This document shows, piece by piece, positions 22,631-35,500 of a DNA stretch of 64,000 nt; within the stretch, counting starts at the first letter, position 1, and every line of letters begins with the position of its first letter. This DNA is from Squalus acanthias. Lineage: Eukaryota. Under the pieces are notes generated by a model. It was not told the DNA's origin, did no database searches, and saw only the letters and a program-made list of their open reading frames with translations. A program made the position numbers and the translations under genes. The stretch spans positions 496,001-560,000 of the forward strand of contig JASTWF010000036.1 in assembly GCA_030390025.1 (NCBI GenBank), read 5' to 3'.

Positions 22631-22890
22631 ATGTGCTGCACCATTGGTGGCCGTGCCCTCAGCCGCCTGGGCCCTAAGCTCTGGAAGTCCCTCCCTAAAC
22701 CTCTCCGCCCCTCTCTCTCTTTCCTCCTTTTAAGACGCTCCTTAAAACCTACCTCTTTGACCAAGCTTTTGGTCTCCTGTCCTAATATCTCCTTATGTGG
22801 CTCGGTGTCAAATTTTGTCTGATTTACGCTCCTGTGAAGCGCCCTTGGGACGTTTTACTACGTTAAAGGTGCTGTAGAAATCTGAGTTGT
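22631..22890 (+). mobile_element. L2-clade LINE 3' end
   Basis: TIGGRALSRLGPKLWKSLPKPLR; LKTYLF-type ccttaaaacctacctctttgacc; tail ctgtgaagcgcccttgggacgttttactacgttaaaggtgct. Confidence 0.85.
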
Positions 22891-23794
22891 TTGGTGTTTT
22901 TTTCTTTTCCTTCCCCCAATTCCTCCAGCATTTGAATCTGCTCCTAGTTTCGTGGTGACTGAAACGGGCCGAATCCTCGCGCGCTGTACACTTGACCGCG
23001 ACTTCCTCTGACACATAATTCCACTTGCTTCTCAAACTGTAATGTCTCAGAAAGCAAATGACAGGCCTCGATAAATATTTACAAATCCCAACACTATGGA
23101 GCCTGTTTTATACAGAGCTTAAACATTATAAGCGCACAGCCGACTGCGGACTTAAAAATGCATCACTTCGGGAGGAAGGAGGTTGCAGATAATTTTTTCT
23201 TCTTCCTCGCAATACGGAAAAATATCGGAAGCGTTTGAACCTGACATCCTTTACGGATCATCTTACTGCTACGGCTGCTTTAGATCAAGCAGTTCAGAGG
23301 GATAAGGATTTTTATTTTTTAAACAGAGGTGGGTTTGAAAGGGACACCAGTCACTCAGCCTGCTGCAACCAAACCTCCCGTCAACGAGGGATACTTTAGA
23401 CGGTGATTATGCGTCTGTGGCTTTCTTTTAGGAAGTCTTTAGTCAGGACATCTGGCGTGGGTGGGTGGGGCTGGGTGCGGGGAGGGAAGGAAGAGGTTGT
23501 CCAGACTATATAATTACAACGGGGTACTGTCGTGTGGGAGAAGGATACTCGAAGGAGGAGGGACGGGGGGGTGAGAGAGAGAGAAGGGTTTTGGTGTGTG
23601 CAAGTTAGTTTTCTGTTTTATCAGGCCTCGGCGGGGGGGGGGTTCTTTTAAGAGAAGCTTCAAGCAGTGAGGCGCAAAAGGCATGTTGTCCATTTTGCTT
23701 ACGAATGAGGGTAGAGTAGTGCGGCAAGGATCTGATGTCCGTTCAATCCTGCGGAGACTGCCCGTTCCGCTTGACTGCCAAGCCAAACCCGCAT

Positions 23795-25245
23795 CTTTCT
23801 TTAGCTTCTCTCGAATCTCCCCGACTGTCCTCTCTCAGCTCATCTTACCCCGAAGATCCACCTCCTGCTCCCTTGACTCCATTCCCGCTAAGCTGCTGAC
23901 TAGCCAAACTTCCCTTGGCCGCCATGCTAGTTTTATAGAGTCATAACGGCACAGAAGGAGGCCATTCGGCCCATCGAGTCCGTGCCGGCTCTCTGGTAGA
24001 GCAATCCAGCCAGTCCCATTCCCACCTCACTCTATCCCCGTAGCCCTGCAAGTTTATTTCCCTCAAGTGCCTATCCAGTCTCCCCTTGAAAACATTGAGT
24101 GTCTCCGCTTCCACCACGAGTCTCAGGTCATCACCACTCGCTGCGTAAAGTTTTTCCTCACATCCCCCCTCTGTATCTCTTGCCCAAAACCTTAAATCTG
24201 TGTCCCCTAGTCCTTGTACCGTCAACTAGTGGGAACAGCCTTTCCCCCGTCTAGCCGATCCAAACCCGTCATAATCTTGTACACCGCTATCAAATTACCC
24301 CTCAACCTCCTTTGCTCTCATGAAAACAAATCCAGCTTCTCCAACCTGTCCTTGTAGCTAAGATCCCCCATCCCCTGGAACCATTCTGGTAAATCTCCTC
24401 TGCCCCCTCTCAAGGGCCTTCACATCCTTCCTAAAGTGTGGTGACCAGAACTGGACGCAATGCTCCAGTTGTGGCCTAACCAGCGCTTTATAAAGGTTCA
24501 GCATAACTTCTCTACTTTTGTACTCAATACCTCTATTTATGAAGCCCAAGATCCCATATGCTTTGCTAACCACTCTCTCAATATATCCCGCCACCTTCAG
24601 GGACCAATGCACATCAACTCCCAGGTCCCTCTGTCCCTGCACACTCTTTAAAGCTGTGCCATTAAGTGTAGATTGCCTCCCCCTGTTCCTTCTGCCAAAA
24701 TGCATCACCTCACACTTCTCTGTATTAAATTGCATCTGCCACTTGTCTGCCCATTCTGCTAGCCTTTCTGTGTCCTGTTGCAGTCGATTGGTATCTTCAT
24801 CCCTATTTGCCACACCCCCAAGTTTGGTGTCATCGGCAAATTACGTACCACTTGCAGCACAGTAGCAGGCCATTCGGCCCAACTGGTCTAACGCATTGCC
24901 ATTACGAAATGGTTCCCTTTCCTCAAATATTGACCCCTCTTGTTCAAAGCTGCTGACATCATATCCAAGCCTCAAAAAACCCACCTCGTCTCCTCTGTCC
25001 TTGCAAGCTGCCTCCAAGGTTCTCTGACGTGTTGACACCTCTCAAACCTGTGCCTGTTTTTCCAACAACTCTGCTTCAATCTCAATCTCTCTATTGAGAT
25101 TTCTGTCTCTGCCACATCACTGAAATGACCCTTTTAAAAAAAAAAAAAGCCGCGAATTTCATCCCCTGTGACAGTGGTGCATTATCCCCCCTCATCCTCC
25201 TTGCCTTCTCTGCAGCCCTTGACAGGGTTGCCCACACCATCATCC
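23795..25245 (+). mobile_element. Old L2 RT fragment (23795-23930 and ~24895-25245) interrupted by a CR1
   Basis: STSCSLDSIPAKLL (the L2 TCSLDPIP-type motif) before the CR1; LKKPTL and DSGALSPLILLAFSAALDRVAHTI (decayed LLDLSAAFDTVDH) after it. Confidence 0.7.
23933..24842 (-). mobile_element. CR1 LINE 3' ~900 bp
   Basis: FADDTKLGG, ORF 24358-24813 (WADKWQMQFNTEKCEVMHFG…LYKALVRPQLEHCVQFWSPH) and the tail at 23933-24000. Confidence 0.92.
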
Positions 25246-25250
25246 CCCTT

Positions 25251-25866
25251 GTGTCAGCTGTGGCTCAGTTGGCAGCACACTCGCTTCTGAGTCAGAAGGT
25301 TGTGGGTTCAAGTCCCACTCCAGGGACTTGAGCACATAAAGCTGGGCTGACACTCCAGTGCAGTGCTGAGGGAGCGCCGCACTGTCGGAGGGGCAGTACT
25401 GAGGGAGCGCCGCACTGTCGGAGGGGCAGTACTGAGGGAGCACCGCACTGTTGGAGGGGCAGTACTGAGGGAGCACCGCACTGTCGGAGGGGCAGTACTG
25501 AGGGAGCGCCGCACTGTCGGAGGGGCAGTACTGAGGGAGCACCGCACTGTCGGAGGGGCAGTACTGAGGGAGCGCCGCACTGAGGGGCTGTCTTTTGGAT
25601 GAGCCTGTCCCCTCGGGTGGACGTAAAAGATCCTATGGCACTATTTGAGGAGCAGCAGGGGAGTTCTCACTCAACCAACATCACTAATAGATTTTCTGGT
25701 CATTATCACATTGCTGTTTGTGGGAGCTTGCTGTGTGCAGATTGGCTGCTGCGTTTCCTACATTACAACAGTGAATACACTTCAAAAAAAAGTACTTCAT
25801 TGGCTGTGAAGTGCTTTGGAACGTAATGAGGTGGTGAAAGGCGCTATAGAAATGCAAGATCTTCCT
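25251..25866 (+). mobile_element. DeuSINE with ~7 copies of the 33-bp unit
   Basis: A and B boxes, array 25360-25580, body and tail aaaggcgctatagaaatgcaag. Confidence 0.88.
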
Positions 25867-26206
25867 TTTACTTAGTCACACAGATATAACGGAGTGAAAG
25901 TGTCAAAAAAAAATCTGCTTTGTCCTGGTGTGTCATGCAGTCTTGCGATTGTTCTTGAATGGATTCATGCTTCAGTGCCTTAGTGCCCTGGTGTGACCCT
26001 GAGATTTCCTGTGTCAACCTCATTAAGGTAGAGCAAGCCATAAAATGGATAGTGCGGTGGAACCAAGCCAAACCAACCAAGTGATGTATTCATTAATGAA
26101 ACGCACAGTTGGAAAAATTGAGCAGTTTTTCCTGGGTTTTTTTTTGTTGTAAAAGCCATATTGCTGCGGACGGTTAATCTAGATTTTAGGAATATTGGTA
26201 ATCCTC

Positions 26207-26926
26207 AAGGAGAATGAGGTGTGATCTTATTGAAACATCTGAGATACTGAGGGGGCTCGACAAGGTAGATGCAGAGAGGATGTTTCCCCTCGTGGGGAAA
26301 TCCAGAACTCGGGGGCATAGTTTCAGAATAAAGGGGTCGCCCTTTTAGAACTGAGATGAGGAGGAATTTCTTCTCTGAGGGTCGTAAATCTGTGGAATTC
26401 TCTGCCCCAGAGAGCTGTGGAGGCTGGGTCATTAAATACATTTAAGGTGGAGATAGACAGATTTTTGCAAGATAAGGGAGTGAAGGGTTATGGGGAGCGG
26501 GCAGGGAAGTGGCTTTGAGCCCAAGATCAGCCATGATCTTATTGAACGGCGGAGCAGGCTCGAGGGGCCAAGTGGCCTATTCCTGCTCCTATTTCTTATG
26601 TCATGTTTTACTTTTAAAAAGAGATTAGCATCTCTTCTGGTAAAGGGGGTCGGCCATTTAGGACCGAGATGAGGAGGAATTTCTTCACTCAGAGGGGGGT
26701 GAATCTTTGGAATTCTCTACCCCAGAGGGCTGTGGAGGCTCACAGTCGTTGAGTATATTCAAGGCCGAGATCGATAGATTTTTGGACTCTCGGGGAATCG
26801 AGAGATATGGGGATCGGGCGGGAAAGTGGAGTCGAGGACGAAGAACAGCCATGATCTTATTGAATGGCGGAACAGGCTCGAGGGGCCGAAAGGCCTCCTC
26901 CTGCACCTATTTCTTATGTTTTATGT
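26207..26926 (+). mobile_element. Two tandem CR1 3' ends (26207-26603 and 26640-26926)
   Basis: Each ends gccatgatcttattgaa…ggctcgaggggcc…cctatttcttatg. Confidence 0.85.
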
Positions 26927-26997
26927 TAGGATTTCCTCCCTCTCTCACCCCGTCACTGTATATTTCTGTACTTGTAAATGTGTGATTTTTTTTTAGT

Positions 26998-27470
26998 AAC
27001 ATAGAAACATAGAAGATAGGAGCAGGAGTAGGCCATTCGGCCCCTCTCGCCTGCTCCGCCATTCAATGCGATCATGGCTGATCATCCAAATTCAGAACCC
27101 TGTCCCTGCTTTCTCCCCATATCCCTTGATACCGTTAGCTTTAAGAAATATATCTAACTCATTCTTGAATATATTTAATGACTTGGCCTCAACTACCTTC
27201 TGTGGTAGAGAATTCCGCAGGTTCTCCACTCTCTGGGTGAAGAAATTCTTCCTCATTTCTGTCCTAAATGGCTTACCCCTTATCCTTAGATTATGACCCC
27301 TGGTTCTGGACTCTCCGACCATCGGGAACATTCTTCCTGCATCTAGTTTGTCCAGACCTGTCAGAATTTTATATATTTCGATGAGATCCCCTCTCATTCT
27401 TCTATACTCCAGCGCGTATAAGCCCAATCGACCCAATCTCTCCTCATATGTCATTCCTGCCATCCCAGGA
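26998..27470 (-). mobile_element. CR1 LINE 3' fragment
   Basis: ORF 27092-27463 reads GMTYEERLGRLGLY…RRMRGDLIE…NFFTQRV. Confidence 0.9.
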
Positions 27471-27573
27471 ATATCTTTTTATTTCCAAAAATGACTGGTT
27501 GAGAGAAATATAAGAACAGAAGGCTGAGGGGTTTAGCTAGGGTAGACGTAGAGAAGATGTTTCCACTTGTATG

Positions 27574-29346
27574 AACATAAGAACATAAGAACATAAGAAA
27601 TAGGAGCAGGAGTAGGCCAATCGGCCCCTCGAGCCTGCTCCGCCATTCAATAAGATCATGGCTGATCTGATCCTAACCGCCAATCTACTATCTATCACAG
27701 AACCATCTCCTGCATCTAACAGAATTGCACACACGAAATAGGAGCAGAATCAGGCTACACAGTCCCTGGGCCCGCTCCACTACCCACAGGGCCATGACCG
27801 ATCCGAACCTAGACTCATGTCCAAATTCCTGCCCGCTCCCCGTAACCCTTAATGCCCTTTACTTCTAGGAAACTGTCTATTTCTGTTTTAAATTTAATTA
27901 ATGTTGTAGCTTCTACAGCTTTTTGTGGCAGCATATTCCATGGACCTACCACCCTCTGAGTGAAGTAGTTCCTCCTCATCTCAGTTTTGAAAGAGCAGCC
28001 CCTTATTCTAAGACTATGTCCCCTAGTTCTCGTCTCACCCGTCATCGGGAACATCCTCCCCGCATCCACCCGATCCAACCCCTTCACAATCTTATATGTT
28101 TCAATAAGATCGCCTCTCATTCTTCTGAACTCCAATGAGTAGAGTCCCAATCTACCCAACTTCTCCTCATATGACCACCCCCTCATCCCGGGATTAACCG
28201 AGTGAACCTTTTTTGCACTGCCTCGAGAGCAAGGATGTCTTTCCTTAAGTAAGGACACCAAAACTGTATGCAGTATTCCAGGTGCGGTCTCACCAATACC
28301 TTGTACAACTGAAGCAATACCTCCCTATTTTTATATTCTATCCCCCTAGCAATGAAAGCCAACATTCCATTTGCCTTCTTAATCACTTGCTGCACCTGCA
28401 TACTAACCTTTTGAGTTTCGTGCACCAGGACCCCCAGATCCCTTTGCACTTCAGTACTCTCCAGTTTCTTGCCATTAAGATAATAAATTGCTCTAGGATT
28501 TTTCCTGCCAAAGTGCATCACCTCACACTTTCCAGTGTTGTATTCCATCTGCCAAATCTCTGCCCACTTACTTAGCCTGTCTATGTCCCCCTTGCAGGTT
28601 TTTTATGTCCTCCTCACTCACTACTTTCCCTCCCATCTTTGTATCATCTGCAAATTTGATATGTTACACTTGGTCCCTTCCTCCAAATCGTTAATATAGA
28701 TTGTGAGAGTTGGGGACCCAGCACTGACCCCTGTGGAACACCACTAGTTACTGATTGCCAGTCTGAGAATGAACCATTTATCCCAACTCTTTGCTTTCTG
28801 TTAGATAGCCAATCCTCTATCCATGCCAGAATATTACCCCCAATCCCGTGATTTTTTACCTTAAGCAATAATCTTTTGTGTGGCACCTTGTCAAATGCCT
28901 TTTGGAAGTCTAAATACACTACGTCTACTGGTTCCCCTTTATCCACTCTATATGTTAGTTCCTCAAAGAACTCCAGCAATTTGTCAAACATGACTTCCCC
29001 TTCGTAAAACCATGCTGACTTTGTCCTATTAAATTATGATTATCCAAATGTCCTGTTACTGTTTCCTTAATAATGGACTCCAAAATTTTACCTACCACAG
29101 ATGTTAGGCTAACCGGTCTATAGTTACCAGCCTTCTGTCTACTGCCCTTTTTAAATAAGGGTGTTACATTAGCAGTTTTCCAGTCTGCCGGGACCTTAGC
29201 GAATCCAGGGAGTTTGAAAAATTATTACCAATGCATCTACAATCCCTACCGCCACTTCCTTCAAGACTCTAGGATGTAAGCCATCAGGTCCAGGTGATTT
29301 ATCCGCCTTGAGTCCCATTATTTTACCGAGTACCACTTCCTTATGG
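27574..29346 (-). mobile_element. CR1 LINE of the double-tail subfamily, cut by the assembly gap
   Basis: RT motifs YLDFQKAFDKVPH and GVPQGSVLGP in frameshifted ORFs; colinear with 59092-60845; (aacataag)n tail. Confidence 0.93.
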
Positions 29347-29546
29347 NNNNNNNNNNNNNNNNNNNNNNNNNNNNNNNNNNNNNNNNNNNNNNNNNNNNNN
29401 NNNNNNNNNNNNNNNNNNNNNNNNNNNNNNNNNNNNNNNNNNNNNNNNNNNNNNNNNNNNNNNNNNNNNNNNNNNNNNNNNNNNNNNNNNNNNNNNNNNN
29501 NNNNNNNNNNNNNNNNNNNNNNNNNNNNNNNNNNNNNNNNNNNNNN
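29347..29546. other. Assembly gap (200 N)
   Basis: Run of N; the CR1 on the left does not resume on the right. Confidence 0.99.
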
Positions 29547-32500
29547 CCCGCAACCCTCCCTATCTCTGTAACCTCCTCCAGCCCCCTACACCCCTCCCTA
29601 TCTCTGTAACCTCCTCCAGCCCCTACAACCCTCCCTATCTCTGTAACCTCCTCCAGCCCCCTACAACCCTCCCTATCTCTGTAACCTCCTCCAGCCCCTA
29701 CAACCCTCCCTATCTCTGTAACCTCCTCCAGCCCCTACAACCCTCCCTATCTCTGTAACCTCCTCCAGCCCCCTACAACCCTCCCTATCTCTGTAACCTC
29801 CTCCAGCCCCCTACAACCCTCCCTATCTCTGTAACCTCCTCCAGCCCCCTACAACCCTCCCTATCTCTGTAACCTCCTCCAGCCCCCTACAACCCTCCTA
29901 TCTCTGTAACCTCCTCCAGCCTCCTACAACCCTCCCTATCTCTGTAACCTCCTCCAGCCCCTACAACCCTCCCTATCTCTGTAACCTCCTCCAGCCCCCT
30001 ACAACCCTCCCTATCTCTGTAACCTCCTCCAGCCCCTACAACCCTCCCTATCTCTGTAACCTCCTCCAGCCCCTACAACCCTCCCTATCTCTGTAACCTC
30101 CTCCAGCCCCCTACAACCCTCCCTATCTCTGTAACCTCCTCCAGCCCCCTACAACCCTCCCTATCTCTGTAACCTCCTCCAGCCCCCTACAACCCTCCCT
30201 ATCTCTGTAACCTCCTCCAGCCCCCTACAACCCTCCCTATCTCTGTAACCTCCTCCACCCCCTACAACCCTCCCTATCTCTGTAACCTCCTCCAGCCCCC
30301 TACAACCCTCCCTATCTCTGTAACCTCCTCCAGCCCCTACAACCCTCCCTATCTCTGTAACCTCCTCCAGCCCCTACAACCCTCCCTATCTCTGTAACCT
30401 CCTCCAGCCCCCTACAACCCTCCCTATCTCTGTAACCTCCTCCAGCCCCTACAACCCTCCCTATCTCTGTAACCTCCTCCAGCCCCTACAACCCTCCCTA
30501 TCTCTGTAACCTCCTCCAGCCCCTACAACCCTCCCTATCTCTGTAACCTCCTCCAGCCCCCTACAACCCTCCCTATCTCTGTAACCTCCTCCAGCCCCCT
30601 ACAACCCTCCCTATCTCTGTAACCTCCTCCAGCCCCCTACAACCCTCCCGTCTCTGTAACCTCCTCCAGCCCCCTACAACCCTCCCTATCTCTGTAACCT
30701 CCTCCAGCCCCCTACAACCCTCCCGTCTCTGTAACCTCCTCCAGCCCCCTACAACCCTCCCTATCTCTGTAACCTCCTCCAGCCCCCTACAACCCTCCCT
30801 ATCTCTGTAACCTCCTCCAGCCCCCTACAACCCTCCCTATCTCTGTAACCTCCTCCAGCCTCCTACAACCCTCCCTATCTCTGTAACCTCCTCCAGCCCC
30901 CTACAACCCTCCCTTTCTCTGTAACCTCCTCCAGCCCCCTACAACCCTCCCCGTCTCTGTAACCTCCTCCAGCCCCCTACAACCCTCCCTATCTCTGTAA
31001 ACTCCTCCAGCCCCTACAACCCTCCCTATCTCTGTAACCTCCTCCAGCCCCGTACAACCCTCCCTATCTCTGTAACCTCCTCCAGCCCCCTACAACCCTC
31101 CCTATCTCTGTAACCTCCTCCAGCCCCCTACAACCCTCCCTATCTCTGTAACCTCCTCCAGCCCCCTACAACCCTCCCTATCTCTGTAACCTCCTCCAGC
31201 CCCCTACAACCCTCCCTATCTCTGTAACCTCCTCCAGCCCCCTACAACCCTCCCTATCTCTGTAACCTCCTCCAGCCCCCTACAACCCTCCCTATCTCTG
31301 TAACCTCCTCCAGCCCCCTACAACCCTCCCTATCTCTGTAACCTCCTCCAGCCCCCTACAACCCTCCCTATCTCTGTAACCTCCTCCAGCCCCCTACAAC
31401 CCTCCCTATCTCTGTAACCTCCTCCAGCCCCCTACAACCCTCCCTATCTCTGTAACCTCCTCCAGCCCCCTACAACCCTCCCTATCTCTGTAACCTCCTC
31501 CAGCCCCCTACAACCCTCCCTATCTCTGTAACCTCCTCCAGCCCCTACAACCCTCCCTATCTCTGTAGCCTCCTCCAGCCCCCTACAACCCTCCCTATCT
31601 CTGTAACCTCCTCCAGCCCCCTACAACCCTCCCTATCTCTGTAACCTCCTCCAGCCCCCTACAACCCTCCCTATCTCTGTAACCTCCTCCAGCCCCCTAC
31701 AACCCTCCCTATCTCTGTAACCTCCTCCAGCCCCTACAACCCTCCCTATCTCTGTAACCTCCTCCAGCCCCCTACAACCCTCCCTATCTCTGTAACCTCC
31801 TCCAGCCCCCTACAACCCTCCCTATCTCTGTAACCTCCTCCAGCCCCCTACAACCCTCCCTATCTCTGTAACCTCCTCCAGCCCCCTACAACCCTCCCTA
31901 TCTCTGTAACCTCCTCCAACCCCCTACAACCCTCCCTATCTCTGTAACCTCCTCCAGCCCCCTACAACCCTCCCTATCTCTGTAACCTCCTCCAGCCCCT
32001 ACAACCCTCCCTATCTCTGTAACCTCCTCCAGCCCCCTACAACCCTCCCTATCTCTGTAACCTCCTCCAGCCCCTACAACCCTCCCTATCTCTGTAACCT
32101 CCTCCAGCCCCTACAACCCTCCCTATCTCTGTAACCTCCTCCAGTCCCCTACAACCCTCCCTATCTCTGTAACCTCCTCCAGCCCCTACAACCCTCCATA
32201 TCTCTGTAACCTCCTCCAGCCCCCTACAACCCTCCCTATCTCTGTAACCTCCTCCAGCCCCTACAACCCTCCCTATCTCTGTAACCTCCTCCAGCCCCCT
32301 ACAACCCTCCCGATCTCTGTAACCTCCTCCAGCCCCCTACAACCCTCCCTATCTCTGTAACCTCCTCCAGCCCCCTACAACCCTCCCTATCTCTGTAACC
32401 TCCTCCAGCCCCCTACAACCCTCCCTATCTCTGTAACCTCCTCCAGCCCCCTACAACCCTCCCTATCTCTGTAACCTCCTCCAGCCCCCTACAACCCTCC

Positions 32501-35500
32501 CTATCTCTGTAACCTCCTCCAGCCCCCTACAACCCTCCCTATCTCTGTAACCTCCTCCAGCCCCCTACAACCCTCCCTATCTCTGTAACCTCCTCCAGCC
32601 CCTACAACCCTCCCTATCTCTGTAACCTCCTCCAGCCCCGTACAACCCTCCCTATCTCTGTAACCTCCTCCAGCCCCCTACAACCCTCCCTATCTCTGTA
32701 ACCTCCTCCAGCCCCCTACAACCCTCCCTATCTCTGTAACCTCCTCCAGCCCCCTACAACCCTCCCTATCTCTGTAACCTCCTCCAGCCCCCTACAACCC
32801 TCCCTATCTCTGTAACCTCCTCCAGCCCCCTACAACCCTCCCTATCTCTGTAACCTCCTCCAGCCCCTACAACCCTCCCTATCTCTGTAACCTCCTCCAG
32901 CCCCCTACAACCCTCCCTATCTCTGTAACCTCCTCCAGCCCCTACACCCCTCCCTATCTCTGTAACCTCCTCCAGCCCCTACAACCCTCCCTATCTCTGT
33001 AACCTCCTCCAGCCCCTACAACCCTCCCTATCTCTGTAACCTCCTCCAGCCCCTACAACCCTCCCTATCTCTGTAACCTCCTCCAGCCCCCTACAACCCT
33101 CCCTATCTCTGTAACCTCCTCCAGCCCCCTACAACCCTCCCTATCTCTGCAGCCTCCTCCAGCCCCCTGCAACCCTCCCCGTCTCTGTAACCTCCTCCAG
33201 CCCCCTAAAACCCTCCCTATCTCTGTAACCTCCTCCAGCCTCCTACAACCCTCCCTATCTCTGTAACCTCCTCCAGCCCCCTACAACACTCCCTATCTCT
33301 GTAACCCCCTACAACCCTCCCTATCTCTGTAACCTCCTCCAACCCCCTACAACCCTCCCTATCTCTGTAACCTCCTCCAGCTCCCTACAACCCTCCCTAT
33401 CTCTGTAACCTCCTCCAGCCCCTACAACCCTCCCTATCTCTGTAACCTCCTCCAGCCCCCTACAACCCTCCCTATCTCTGTAACCTCCTCCAGCCCCCTA
33501 CAACCCTCCCTATCTCTGTAACCTCCTCCAGCCCCTACAACCCTCCCTATCTCTGTAAACTCCTCCAGCCCCTACAACCCTCCCTATCTCTGTAAACTCC
33601 TCCAGCCCCCTACAACCCTCCCTATCTCTGTAACCTCCTCCAGCCCCCTACAACCCTCCCTATCTCTGTAACCTCCTCCAGCCCCCTACAACCCTCCCTA
33701 TCTCTGTAACCTCCTCCAGCCCCCTACAACCCTCCCTATCTCTGTAACCTCCTCCAGCCCCTACAACCCTCCCTATCTCTGTAACCTCCTCCAGCCCCCT
33801 ACAACCCTCCCTATCTCTGTAACCTCCTCCAGCCCCCTACAACCCTCCCTATCTCTGTAACCTCCTCCAGCCCCCTACAACCCTCCCTATCTCTGTAACC
33901 TCCTCCAGCCCCCTACAACCCTCCCTATCTCTGTAACCTCCTCCAGCCCCTACAACCCTCCCTATCTCTGTAACCTCCTCCAGCCCCCTACAACCCTCCC
34001 TATCTCTGTAACCTCCTCCAGCCCCCTACAACCCTCCCTATCTCTGTAACCTCCTCCACCCCCTACAACCCTCCCTATCTCTGTAACCTCCTCCAGCCCC
34101 CTACAACCCTCCCTATCTCTGTAACCTCCTCCAGCCCCTACAACCCTCCCTAGCTCTGTAACCCCCTACAACCCTCCCTATCTCTGTAACCTCCTCCAAC
34201 CCCCTACAACCCTCCCTATCTCTGTAACCTCCTCCAGCCCCCTACAACCCTCCCTATCTCTGGAACCTCCTCCAGCCCCTACAACCCTCCCTATCTCTGT
34301 AACCTCCTCCAGCCCCCTACAACCCTCCCTATCTCTGTAACCTCCTCCAGCCCCTACACCCCTCCCTATCTGTGTAACGTCCTCCAGCCCCTACAACACT
34401 CCCTATCTCTGTAACCTCCTCCAGCCCCCTACAACCCTCCGTATCTCTGTAACCTCCTCCAGCCCCCTACAACCCTCCCTTACTCTGTAACCTCCTCCAA
34501 CCCCCTACAACCCTCCCTATCTCTGTAACCTCCTCCAGCCCCCTACAACCCTCCCTATCTCTGTAACCTCCTCCAGCCCCTACAACCCTCCCTATCTCTG
34601 TAACCTCCTCCACCCCCTACACCCCTCCCTATCTGTGTAACGTCCTCCAGCCCCTACAACCCTCCCTATCTCTGTAACCTCCTCCAGCCTCCTACAACCC
34701 TCCCTATCTCTGTAACCTCTTCCAGTCCCCTACAACCCTCCCTATCTCTGTAGCCTCCTCCAGCCCCCTGCAACCCTCCCTATCTCTGTAACCTCCTCCA
34801 GCCCCCTACAACCCTCCCTATCTCTGTAACCTCCTCCAGCCCCCTACAACCCTCCCTATCTCTGTAACCTCCTCCAGCCCCCTACAACCCTCCCTATCTC
34901 TGTAACCTCCTCCAGCCTCCTACAACCCTCCCTATCTCTGTAACCTCTTCCAGTCCCCTACAACCCTCCCTATCTCTGTAGCCTCCTCCAGCCCCCTGCA
35001 ACCCTCCCTATCTCTGTAACCTCCTCCAGCCCCCTACAACCCTCCCTATCTCTGTAACCTCCTCCAGCCTCCTACAACCCTCCCTATCTCTGTAACCTCC
35101 TCCAGCCCCCTACAACCCTCCCTATCTCTGTAACCTCCTCCAGCCTCCTACAACCCTCCCTATCTCTGTAACCTCCTCCAGCCCCCTACAACCCTCCCTA
35201 TCTCTGTAGCCTCCTCCAGCCCCCTACAACCCTCCCTATCTCTGTAACCTCCTCCAGCCCCTACAACCCTCCCTATCTCTGTAACCTCCTCCAGCCCCCT
35301 ACAACCCTCCCTATCTCTGTAACCTCCTCCAGCCCCCTACAACCCTCCCTTCTCTGTAACCTCCTCCAGCCCCCTACAACCCTCCCTATCTCTGTAACCT
35401 CCTCCAGCCCCCTACAACCCTCCCTATCTCTGTAACCTCCTCCAGCCCCTACAACCCTCCCTATCTCTGTAACCTCCTCCAGCCCCTACAACCCTCCCTA

